The notes under the pieces are model-generated. The model saw only the letters and a list, made by a program, of their open reading frames with translations, was not told where the DNA came from and did not search any database. A DNA stretch of 64,000 nucleotides from contig CAWGMA010000001.1 of NCBI GenBank assembly GCA_963823555.1, positions 2,016,001 through 2,080,000 on the forward strand. The letters are read 5' to 3'. The position numbers and the translations under genes were made by a program. Positions within the stretch are counted from its first letter, which is position 1. Every line of letters begins with the position of its first letter. Shown here piece by piece: positions 27,542 to 37,270 of the stretch. This stretch comes from Candidatus Eiseniibacteriota bacterium. GTDB taxonomy: Bacteria; Eisenbacteria; RBG-16-71-46; CAVPCR01.

Positions 27542-28724
27542 GCCGCACACGCAGCGCGTGCGCATCGTGGTCCTCGGCTACATCGTGCGCTGTCCTCTGG
27601 GCGGGATGGCGTGGCACTATCTCCAGTATGTCCTGGGTCTCGCTGCTCTCGGGCATGACGTGTTCTTCATCGAGGACTCGGACGACTTTCCCTCCTGCTA
27701 CGACCCGGTCCGGCACGTGACGGACCATGACGCCACTTACGGCCTCGAGTTCACCCGCCGCACCTTCGACCGCGTGGGACTGGGAGATCGCTGGGCGTAC
27801 CACGATGCGCCACGCGCCAAGTGGGCAGGACCCGGCGCCGGACATGCGGTCGATGTGTGCCGGAGCGCCGACATCGTCCTCAACATCTCCGGAGCGAATC
27901 CGCTCCGGTCATGGCTCGAGGCCACGCCCATCCGGATCTTCATCGACACCGATCCGGTCTTCGAACAGATCCGGCAGCTCACCGTTCCGGAGCGACGGGC
28001 GCGGGCCCTCATGCACAATGCCTTCTTCTCCTTCGGGGAGAACATCACGCGCGAGGACACGGCCATTCCCAGAGACGGGCTCCCCTGGAACACCACCCGG
28101 CAGCCGATGGTGCTCGACGCGTGGCCCGTCACACCCGGGCCCGGCGCCGGCAAGTTCACGACCGTCATGCAATGGGAAAGCTATCCAGGGCGGGAGTACG
28201 CTGGGGTGCGCTACGGCCTGAAGGCGATGTCCTTCGAGCCCTTCGTGGACTTGCCCGGAAGAGTCGGCCCGCTTCTCGAACTGGCCCTCGGCACGCCGTC
28301 GGCGCCACGGGAAATGCTGCGCGCCAAGGGCTGGAGCCTCAGGGACCCGCTCGAGGTGACGCGTGACCCATGGACCTACCAGGACTTCATCCAGGGGTCC
28401 AAGGCCGAGTTCGCCATCGCCAAGCACGGCTATGTCGCCGCTCGGAGCGGCTGGTTCAGCGAGCGGAGCGCCGCCTATCTCGCCAGCGGCCGGCCGGTCC
28501 TGGCCCAGGACACCGGCTTCTCCACCTGGCTCGGATCGCGAGACGGCGTCGTCCCCTTCTCCACCCTGGAGGAAGCAGCAGACGGGATCGTGGATATCAA
28601 CAGCCGTTATATCGCCCACTGCCGGGGCGCGAGGGAGATCGCCCGCGCGTTCTTCGACTCGGCGCCGGTGCTCACGCGGCTGATCGAGCGCGCAGGATCC
28701 ATCAGTCCCGATCGCTGGCCTTGA
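27525..28724 (+). CDS. Atypical GT-B glycosyltransferase-like protein, paralogue 3
   Basis: PLGGMAWHYLQY..GL..LGHDV; GWFSERSAAYLASGRPVLAQDTGF. Confidence 0.75.
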   Translation: MSSVSRPHTQRVRIVVLGYIVRCPLGGMAWHYLQYVLGLAALGHDVFFIEDSDDFPSCYDPVRHVTDHDATYGLEFTRRTFDRVGLGDRWAYHDAPRAKWAGPGAGHAVDVCRSADIVLNISGANPLRSWLEATPIRIFIDTDPVFEQIRQLTVPERRARALMHNAFFSFGENITREDTAIPRDGLPWNTTRQPMVLDAWPVTPGPGAGKFTTVMQWESYPGREYAGVRYGLKAMSFEPFVDLPGRVGPLLELALGTPSAPREMLRAKGWSLRDPLEVTRDPWTYQDFIQGSKAEFAIAKHGYVAARSGWFSERSAAYLASGRPVLAQDTGFSTWLGSRDGVVPFSTLEEAADGIVDINSRYIAHCRGAREIARAFFDSAPVLTRLIERAGSISPDRWP

Positions 28725-28870
28725 TCTCCCCCCAGGTCGTAGCAGCCACCGGGAAGGCGGCCGCTGGGCTGTAACCCGGGCCGCCGACGGCGACCTGCCC
28801 CAGCTGCGGGATCGGGATCGGGTACTCCTGGTGCCAGCTCGGGTAGCACGCGGCGCGATCGTCAATGCAG
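28702..28870 (-). pseudogene. 3' remnant of a TWGxxK-tailed protein gene
   Basis: Frame reads ...FPVAATTWGEIKASDRD*; no plausible start downstream of the glutaminase terminator hairpins. Confidence 0.45.
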
Positions 28871-28871
28871 A

Positions 28872-28943
28872 CCGGGCTCCCCGGCGGATGACCGCCCGAG
28901 AGCCCGGCCCGAGGATCCCACCGCTCCGCCGACAGGCGGAGCG
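28872..28943 (-). terminator. Two GC-rich hairpins after the glutaminase stop
   Basis: CGCTCCGCC-GACA-GGCGGAGCG (28922-28943) and CCGGGCTC...GAGCCCGG (28872-28907). Confidence 0.5.
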
Positions 28944-28955
28944 CCTTCCTTTGCC

Positions 28956-29985
28956 CTAGCGCGGAGTCACGGCATAGGGATTGCCGCCGAGCGCGTTCGA
29001 GATGTCGGTGATCGCCTTCTGCGCGCGCACGCTGTTTCCTGCCGCGTCGAGCGGCGGCGAGATCACGGCGATCCCGAACTTCCCGGGAGAGACGGCGATG
29101 ATGCCACCGCCGACCCCGCTCTTGCCCGGGAGCCCGGTCCTGTAGAGCCACTGACCCGAATCATCGTAGAGCCCCGCCGTAGCCATGACCGCCAGCACCT
29201 TCGGCACGTACTGGGCGTCGAGCGGCTGCTTCCCGGTGACCGGGTTCTTGCCGCCGTTGGCGAGCGTGGCCGCCATGGTGGCGAGATCCTTGGCGTTGAC
29301 ATTAACCGAGCACTGCTCGGTATAGATGTCGCAGGCCTGCTTCGGGTTGTCCTTGATGCGGCCATAGGCGTACATGAGCTCGGCGATGGCCTGGTTCCGC
29401 TGGTTGGTCTCGGATTCGGACTTGAAGACCTCCTCGTTCACCTTGAGCGGACGCCCGGCGAAGTCGCTGTAGTAGGAGAGGATCTTGTTCCAGATCTCGT
29501 CGCGCGACCCACCCTTGACCATGCTGGTCGCGGCGATGGCTCCCGGATTGACCAGCGCGTTCATCTGCTCGCCCTTGTACTGCTCGATGGCCACGATCGA
29601 ATTGAACACCTGTCCGGTGGCATCCACGCCCATGTTGTTGTAGATCGCGTCCGGACCTTGCTCCTCGATCACCTTGGCCATGGTGAACACCTTGGAGATC
29701 GACTGAATCGACACTTCCGAGGCGACATCCCCCGCGGTGTACACCTTGCCGTCCACGGTCACGAGTGCGATGCCGTAGATCTTCGAATCCACCTTGGCGA
29801 GCGCCGGGATGTAGTCGGCGTTCGCGCCTTCCTTCAGAGTCCTTGTACTTGGTAAGGGCCGCCTTGAGGGCGGCATCGATCTCCTCGGGCGTCTGCGCCC
29901 AGGCCGCGGTGGCCGTCAGAACGAGCGCTGCGACCGCCAGGACCATGACCGCGGTCCTCATAGCGAGATTCCTCGAGCCCTTCAT
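28956..29985 (-). CDS. glsA: Glutaminase A with signal peptide (one +1 frameshift near 29839)
   Basis: ADYIPALA, IQSISK catalytic motif, GQVFNSI, VNPGAI, GLYDDSG, KSGVGGG; N-terminal signal peptide in the adjacent frame; TAATG overlap with the upstream gene. Confidence 0.88.
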
Positions 29986-31217
29986 TACATTCCTCCGAGA
30001 GTATGCGAGAAGTTGTACTTGGCCGAGAACTGGATCCGGTAGTCATCCGCGGTCCAGCCGTCGGAGTTGTTCTCGCGGCGGGCCCACTGGAACTCGCCGC
30101 CCATCATCACGTTCTTCGCCGGGTAGTAGAGCAGGTTCCCGAGGGCGTAGTGGCCGCGCACGAAGGCGTCGGCGCCCTGCCCGCTCGAGGTGTCGATGTC
30201 AACCAGCGAGTAGCCGGCGGAGTGCGTCCACTTGTTGTTCCAGTAGTGATCGTAGAAGGCGACCACACCGAGGATAGGTAGTGCCTCGCCGTCGAGCGGC
30301 GTCACCGGATCACCGGTTTCGACAACACCGAGGTCGGCGGGAGCGTCGTTCATGTAGTTCTGGATCCCCTCGCCGTAGACCACCTGGAGGCGGACCGTGT
30401 CGTCGGTATCGGCCGGGGTGTCGATATGGATGTTCGAGCTCACGTTCACGCCCCAGCCGATCTCGTCACCCTCGAGGTCGAACGTGTCGTCCGGGTTGTT
30501 GTCATCCCACTTGATGTAGCGGAAGATCCCCGCCACCTCGACGTAACCCCATGCCGAACGCCCGGTGGTATTCCGCCGACACATCGGGAGCCGGGAAGCG
30601 AGACTGCACCCCAGCCGCCTCGAGACCGGAGCGGAACTCACCCAGATCGCCGCTTGCTCCCGGGCGCTCGACGGCGATCGTCATCCGGGTGTCGCCCTGG
30701 ATCGGCATGTAACGGAACTGCACGTTCCGGAAGAACACCATGCCGTTCGGTCCCCAGTACTCGAGGGAGTTCGGGAACACGTCGATGTCCATGAACGGGC
30801 TCCAGGTCTGGCCGGCGCCGAATTTGCCGAGCTCGCCGTAGGCGTGGCGGAGCCGGAAGGTGGTCTGCCCGGCATCGACACCGACGCCGAAGAGCTCGAA
30901 CTCGAAAGTCGTCTTCAGCTCCCCGAGGTCGGTCGGCAGGTACCCCTTGACGCCCGAGCCGGCTCTGCCGGACCCCGGAGAACCAGCGCCCATCCTGGCC
31001 GATACTCGTTCTCGAAGGCGGGCAGCTTCGTCGGCCGCACGACATCGAACCAATTCGAATCGTTCTGCTTGAACTGGTAACCCATGTCGAGCATGACGTG
31101 CCCGTAGATGTCCATGCGTGGCGACTCGGCGCGGGCGTTCGATACCCCGGCCACCAGCACCAGACCCACAACCAGCCAGCTAATCCTCATGCGATCACCG
31201 GCCATCGGCATCCCCAT
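29985..31217 (-). CDS. DcaP-family outer-membrane porin (three +1 frameshifts near 31001, 30953 and 30552)
   Basis: Signal peptide; RQSRLG, FEFELFG, FRLRHAYGE, AGQTWSPFMD, PNSLEYWGP; C-terminal RIQFSAKYNF. Confidence 0.82.
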
Positions 31218-31231
31218 CTTCCAGTCCTCCT

Positions 31232-32385
31232 TTACTTGTACCCAGAAATCGGTGTCGGTGCCGGCGGGGGCAGCGGCTTGCCGGCGTCTGCCTTCTCCCA
31301 GGCCCGCACCTTCTGCCGCGCCTCGTCGAAGAGCCGCTCGTAGTTGCCCTTAAGCAGCTTGCTCCGAGCCTCGGGCGTCAGCTCGGCGAGCAGCGGCGCG
31401 TACATGTCGTAGACCTTCAGGTACTTCGCCTGCTCGGTCGGCGCCACCTCGTCCGTCCCGAACAGGAAACGGTCGGGATAGCGGTTGATCACGTCGGCGG
31501 TCGCCTTGGTCGATTCGGGGGTCGCGACCACGTACTTGGCGACCTCGTCCCAGGAAATGTCGAAATACACGTGGTTGAGCTTCGGGTTCTGGAGCGCGCG
31601 CTCGATCATCCCGAGCTGGTCCTTGACCGGGCCGCACGACGCGCCCGAGACCGATGTGGGCCCAGATGATCGTGGCCTCGGGATGCCGCTTGAAGAGCTC
31701 CTTCAGCTGGAGCGACCAGGTAAGGATCCTGGTTCGGCTTCGGGAACGGCATGTTGACGTCGTTGTGGAGGATCACGACCAGGCCCGACCTCCCCGGCGA
31801 ACTCGAGGATCCGATCGAGCGCCGGGTTCATGAGGCTCGCCGTCTCGCCGGCGATCTTCGATGAGACGAACTCCTTGTGGATCGTGAACTCGCCGATGCC
31901 TGAGAACACGCCCGGAAAGGTGCTGCAACACCCGCGCGATGTGGTCCGCCGCGTACATGTCGGCGGGGTTGAAGCCGGTGATCATCGGGTCGAAACGCGC
32001 CTGCTCCTCCGGTGCGAGCGACTTGTACGCCATCGCGATGTGCGCGTCCGTGAAGGAGTAGTAGTAGAGTGGCGCATCGGTCTGCAGGTAGTAGGTCGGC
32101 GCGAAGTCGCCGGTGTTCTCGTACGCCCACTGCTGCTGCAGCGGGATCCCGAAGAGCGCCACCCGCCCCACCTTGTCACCCATGATCTTCAGGAAGTCAT
32201 GGATGCCCGGTGCCCTCCTGGATGTAGTTGGTCAGATGGAAATGCGAGTCGTGAAAGAGGTAGCCGTCCCCGGTTGCCCCGCCCGACTGCGCGATCGCCG
32301 GATGTGGAAGCCCGACGACGAAGGCAAGCGCACCGAGCGCAGCGAGCAAGCGCCAGCGACCAGCTGCAGGGCAGAGGATGTTCAT
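31232..32385 (-). CDS. Secreted amidohydrolase-superfamily protein (five +1 frameshifts)
   Basis: Signal peptide; DSHFH, GIGE, ILHND, IIWAH, YFDISW, RFLFGTD assembled across shifts near 32207, 31922, 31785, 31710 and 31631. Confidence 0.8.
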
Positions 32386-32604
32386 AACGGATTTCTCCCT
32401 GATCACTCCAATTACATGACAGCACACAAAACCAGATCCCAAGAGCAGCGGGAGGGTAGTACGTTGTGGGGACGAATGCAAGGGGGGGGGGAGAAGCCAA
32501 AGTGCATCAAACGTGCCAGCTCTTTCGCGGAAAACGACAAGGAGATCGGAGCCCCCGGCGGCGCGGCGACTCCGACCTCCAGTGGCCTGCGACGGCCCCA
32601 GCAC

Positions 32605-33976
32605 CTAGAGCAGGAAGTCGGTCCCGAGCGAAACGGTGGTACCCGTCTGTCCCGCGGTGTAGTAGCCGAAGTTCGATCCCGCCGGGCTCTTCTCGACGTG
32701 GAGCACGTGCAGGTTCAATCGCCAGCTCCGGTTCCCGAACGGGTAGTAGCTCGCCCCGCCGCCCGCCTCCCAGGGGTTCCGCTCGAAGTCGTCCATGATG
32801 TACGACGTGACGGCGTACAGCCCGACCTTCCTCGGGATGACCATGTGCATCGCCTCCAACATGAAGCCGTGATCGAGGATCGAATCCGTGGGCAGGGGAC
32901 CGGTGGCCTGGAAATTGGAGAGCCAGCGCAGGTAGTACTCACCCTGGAACGAAAACCCGCGGTACTTGGCGCCGGCGTCGAAGGCCATCTCGTCGTAGTC
33001 GAGCTTCTCGATCGTGACGCCATCGGCCAGGGAGCCCGCTTCGAACAGATAGACACCGTCGGAGAGGCGGAGCTGGGTTTCATTCGGCGGCTGATCCACC
33101 GGCGCATAGCGGCTCTCCCGGGCGTGACACGCCGAGAGGCCGAAGCGAGTGGCGAGCTTCTCGTGCTCCTCGAGGTCGCCGAACCCTCCACGCGGGCCGA
33201 ACTCACCGGTCGTCGGCATGGTCCATACGCTCCCGCTGTAGGCGAAGTCGCGCGTGTCGTTGCTTGCGGTGACCCCGAGCTGACTCAGGTTCGTGGTGAT
33301 CGCGCCGGTGTAATAGAACCGGTCGATCGGCATGCCCGTGACGAAGAACGACGAGGAGAAGCCGCCACGCATGAAGTCCTCCGCCATCTGGCGGTCGCTC
33401 CCGGCCCAGAACGGCCACGTGCCCCGCATCGAGCGAGCGGTGAGGTTCGGCCCGAGGCCAACGCCAAAGGAAAGCTCCTCTGACATGGTATAGCGGAGAT
33501 TTCCGAAGATGAGGGACTGCTGGGTGGTGGGCAGGGACCAGATCGAGACATTGTAGCGGAAATTGGGATTGTAGAAGAAGCCGGTCAGCCACACGAAGGA
33601 GCGATGCCAGTTGATATCGTGTGCTCGCCTTCACCGTGCGTTCCCGGCCCAGGTGGTCGGTGAACGTCTGGTCGCCCGGCATCTGGTTCAGATACCGGAA
33701 GAGCCCGTACGCGCTGATGTTGAGGCTTCCCCGCTCGGTCTTGATGATGTCGAAGCCGGATCCTGGAGTGAACACGCCGGTAAACAGATTGGGGTACTTT
33801 TCCTTCGCCCTGGCGGTGGTCGAGTCGGCGGCCGGGGCCTCGATCGGCGCTTCCTGCGCGAGGGCCGGGTCCGAAGCGAGCAACACGATGGCGCCGAGAA
33901 GAAGCGCTGAGCCAGATAGAATCGCAAAGCCTGATGAACGTAGCGTCGATCCCTGCCAACGCATTGGTCCTGCCAT
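32605..33976 (-). CDS. Putative outer-membrane beta-barrel (OprO/P-like porin; +1 frameshift near 33623)
   Basis: AAGGAG RBS; signal peptide; aromatic-rich amphipathic strands (KYRGFSFQGEYY); ends SLGTDFLL. Confidence 0.7.
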
Positions 33977-34086
33977 GAACCCGCTCCTTTCCACATCACG
34001 GCCCTACTTGCCAGCAAAGAAGTCCGGAGAGAACCGGCGCGCATAGTAGCACCTTCCATCCAGGCAAGAAAGCGGATGGACTCACA

Positions 34087-37000
34087 TCACTGCAGGAGCA
34101 CCATTTTGTGATGCAGTCTCTGTGGACCGACTCTTGCCTCGACGAAGTAGATGCCGCTCGGCAACGCCCGCCCGCGCCCATCCCTGCCATCCCAGCCGAG
34201 GCCGCTCTGCGTCCCACCGGGGAGCGTTCCCTCGAACAGCATCTTCACCTGGCGCCCGCTCGTGTCATAGATCGCGACCGAGACGGGAATGAGACCCGCT
34301 CCCGGCACGGTGAGCTCGATCGTGGTGCGCGGGTTGAAGGGATTGGGGTAGTTCCTGAGGCGAGCTCCCCGCGGGACTGCGGTCGCTGCGGCCGCGGGCG
34401 TCGTTGCACCCTCGTAACCCGCCTCTTCATAGGACACGGTGACAGGAATCGCTCCCGCACTTGCGCTTCGCACCTGCAGGAAACGGTAGTTGTTGGGTGC
34501 GGGGATCGCAAAGGGACTGGATAGCTGCACCCACGGCTCCCATTCGATGAACTTGAGGTCGTCGAACCAGGCCCGGCCGGCGCCGCTCGCGGGCGCTTCG
34601 TTGGAGCAGCGAATCTCGAAGTAGTCTCCGTTCGCCGGTGTCTCCAGATTGCGCCACTGATGGGTCCAGTCGCAACTTCCGGTGAAACGGGGGGCGGCGT
34701 CGGTCGAGGTGATGGGGTTGGTGGCGGAACGATCCGCATAGAAGCGGGCCATGATGCGGGCGGCCGCGGCGTTCTCCGCCTTCAGATAACCGGCGAACGT
34801 ATGACGCGCCGACGGATCGCAGGGCAGATGGCGCTCGAGGTCGGTCCCCACCTCGCCCTGGTCTCCAGGGTCGCGATCGAGGGCGAGCGACCGCCGCCCC
34901 GAGTGCGCCTCGGTATCGTCGAGCCACTCGTCCTCGGTGTTCGTATCCCACAAGGTGGCGCCCTCTTCCTCGAACCCGCCGTGCCACAGGATCTCGCGCC
35001 CCCACGACACCTCCCAGTCCTGGGATCCCCCCCCACTCACCCCCACGATCCGGGAGAGGTTGCCGTGGCCGGCGAGCTCGAGCGGGGGAGACAGCCAGAC
35101 ACCGTCCTCGGAAACCAGCTCCGCCGACACCTCGCCCCCCACGACGACCGAATCCGCCTCCTCGCGGCGGAGGAAGACACGGGCCAGGTTCTCGCTCGGA
35201 TAGACCGCGACGAGCGCGTTCATCGGCCGCGAGTAGTCGGCCAGGCGATCCATGATCTCGCGAGCGAGCTGACCGGTGGCCGGCTGGGGGATGTAGTCGT
35301 CGATCCAGGCCGGCATGAAGCGGTAGCCGATGATCCCGTCCTTGTCCATCTCGAGCGTCAGGACCATCGTCGGCATGGTCTCGGGGTAGTAGAGGTCGAA
35401 GACGAAGTTGCCGAGGCTGTGGGCGATCAGCTTGCCCTGGTAGGACTCGAAGCCCTGCAGCACGTGCGGGTGGTGGTTGATGACGACGTCGGCGCCGAGG
35501 TCGAGGGCCAGCCGCCGGAGCTCGCGATCGCCCGGCGACGGCTCGACCCGGAAGCGGAAGTCGGGGTCGCGGCGGAGATCTCGTCGGCCTCGACCGGGGG
35601 GGCCGCGGTGAAGGGCACGCCGCCGTCGGGCGGCGCGGTCTCGTACTCGTCCCCGCTGTGCATCTGGAGGATGACGATGTCCGCCGAGCTCCCGGCTGCG
35701 ACCGATGGCGGATTCGAGGTTGGGCGGGAGGAGGTAGCCGAACCCGGGCTTGTTGTAACCGGCATCCAGGAACGGCTGGTAGTTCCACAGGCGCCCGCTG
35801 CGGTTGCGACTGGCCGAGGAAGGCGATGCGCACGCCCTTCTCGGTCCAGAAGGTCGGCTGCAAGGGCGAAGTAGGCGTTGATGCCGGCCCCGCTGTAGCG
35901 GATGTCCATGCCCTCGAGGAGATCCATCGTGTCGAGCATGCCGATCTCGCCGTAGTCGATGATGTGGTTGTTGCCGATGTCGACCACATCGATCCCGGCG
36001 TACTGGATGCCGACGATGTTCTCGGGACGGCTGCGGAAGACGACGCTCTTGGTGGGATGGGGCGTCCCGCGATCGGTGTAGGAGCACTCGAGGTTGCAGA
36101 CGTTGACGTCGGCAGCATCGCCGAAGATGGGTCGGGTCGGGGTGAAGAGCGCCTCGATCCCGAACTGCTGGATGAGGCCACCCGGGGCTTCGTAGGCCCG
36201 GCCGGTGAAGACATCGCCCGACGAAGTTGACGGTGAGCGGCAGCTCCGCCGGGCCGGCCGTGACGCGAACCTGGCAGGTGTCGTTGCCGGCCAGCCCGAT
36301 CTCATCCCGGACCACGAGCCCCACCGTGTATGTGTAGTCGGACGTGATGAGGAACTCGTGCCGCGGATCCTGCTCGGCGCTGCTCGAGCTGTCGCCGAAG
36401 TCCCAGGCGAAGGCGTGGTCGGGGGAATCGGGATCGAAGACCTGGCTGTAGAACTGCACGGTGACCTGGAGCAGATGGTCGGCGACCCACTTGCTTTCTT
36501 CGATGGTGTAAAGGATATCGACGATGGGCGCCACGGGCAGATCGGCGGTGACGTCGATGATCTCATCGAAGATCGTCGTGCCCGCCGGGTTCTGGTCGTC
36601 GTCGTTGACGAAGAGGAGGGCGTTGATGGTCGGCAGGTAGCCGTGCGTCGCGAACCAGTCGGCACCGAGCGGGAGGAGGTAGACATGCCACTCCTCGGGG
36701 GAAAGCGCCCCCTGGTAGACCGTCCACCACTGAGAGCCCTGGGGCAGCTGGCTCCCGGCCATGGTGTAGAGGAGCTCGTTGGTGCCGTCGCTGATGCCGA
36801 AGGCCTGCATCTCACCGAGGTCCTCGACATGGACCGCCACCTGCCAGACCGTGCTGTCGGCGAGCGTGACCGGCGGGATGTCCTCGATCTTCCAGGTGTT
36901 GCCGAAGATCCGGAGCGCGTGCGAACCACCAAAGGGGTTGGCGGTCGTCAGTTCCCACGCCGCCGGCTGTTGGTCCTCCCCCGGATAGCTGCGGAGCGCG

Positions 37001-37143
37001 ACCGTCCCCGAATCGAAGTTCTCGATCGTCGTGCCGCGCGGGGCGGCCGACGAGCTGCGGCCGAAGAAGAGGAGCCAGCACGTGGCGAGAGCCAGAGCGG
37101 TCAGGGCGAGGACCGCATGTGGAACGTGCCGGGTCCGTGACAC
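34087..37143 (-). CDS. Secreted CapA/PgsA-family metallophosphatase with PKD, CBM-like and FlgD/T9SS-like C-terminal domains (about five compensating indels)
   Basis: WDFGD PKD motif; VGD, NLE, GNNHIIDYG, MHSGDE, HHPHVLQ, SLGNFVFD spread across frames; C-terminal NYPNPFNP...WDGRD..G..LPSGIYF. Confidence 0.82.
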   Translation of the reverse strand: MSRTRHVPHAVLALTALALATCWLLFFGRSSSAAPRGTTIENFDSGTVALRSYPGEDQQPAAWELTTANPFGGSHALRIFGNTWKIEDIPPVTLADSTVWQVAVHVEDLGEMQAFGISDGTNELLYTMAGSQLPQGSQWWTVYQGALSPEEWHVYLLPLGADWFATHGYLPTINALLFVNDDDQNPAGTTIFDEIIDVTADLPVAPIVDILYTIEESKWVADHLLQVTVQFYSQVFDPDSPDHAFAWDFGDSSSSAEQDPRHEFLITSDYTYTVGLVVRDEIGLAGNDTCQVRVTAGPAELPLTVNFVGRCLHRPGLRSPGWPHPAVRDRGALHPDPTHLRRCCRRQRLQPRVLLHRSRDAPSHQERRLPQPSREHRRHPVRRDRCGRHRQQPHHRLRRDRHARHDGSPRGHGHPLQRGRHQRLLRPCSRPSGPRRACASPSSASRNRSGRLWNYQPFLDAGYNKPGFGYLLPPNLESAIGRSRELGGHRHPPDAQRGRVRDRAARRRRALHRGPPGRGRRDLRRDPDFRFRVEPSPGDRELRRLALDLGADVVINHHPHVLQGFESYQGKLIAHSLGNFVFDLYYPETMPTMVLTLEMDKDGIIGYRFMPAWIDDYIPQPATGQLAREIMDRLADYSRPMNALVAVYPSENLARVFLRREEADSVVVGGEVSAELVSEDGVWLSPPLELAGHGNLSRIVGVSGGGSQDWEVSWGREILWHGGFEEEGATLWDTNTEDEWLDDTEAHSGRRSLALDRDPGDQGEVGTDLERHLPCDPSARHTFAGYLKAENAAAARIMARFYADRSATNPITSTDAAPRFTGSCDWTHQWRNLETPANGDYFEIRCSNEAPASGAGRAWFDDLKFIEWEPWVQLSSPFAIPAPNNYRFLQVRSASAGAIPVTVSYEEAGYEGATTPAAAATAVPRGARLRNYPNPFNPRTTIELTVPGAGLIPVSVAIYDTSGRQVKMLFEGTLPGGTQSGLGWDGRDGRGRALPSGIYFVEARVGPQRLHHKMVLLQ

Positions 37144-37218
37144 CGGAACTCACCCCCGCCGGGACTGGTCGTTGATCACGGCTGAACGGCTCCCCGCCGC
37201 CGCCGCCAAGCGCATACC

Positions 37219-37227
37219 ATTATAGCA
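37219..37227 (-). promoter_or_regulatory. Extended -10 promoter of the CapA-family gene
   Basis: TG-C-TATAAT on the minus strand, about 75 nt upstream of GTG 37143. Confidence 0.55.
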
Positions 37228-37270
37228 GCTGACGGTGCACGGAGGCGGGAGCGGCAGCCGGGTCGAGACT

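Noticed and set aside
32482..32491. G10 homopolymer upstream of the amidohydrolase as a phase-variable tract
   Set aside because: Lies in the error-prone region, so its length is unreliable; no other support
29830..36220. Programmed ribosomal frameshifting or phase variation
   Set aside because: Too many shifts per gene, and no slippery heptamers or long repeats at the shift sites
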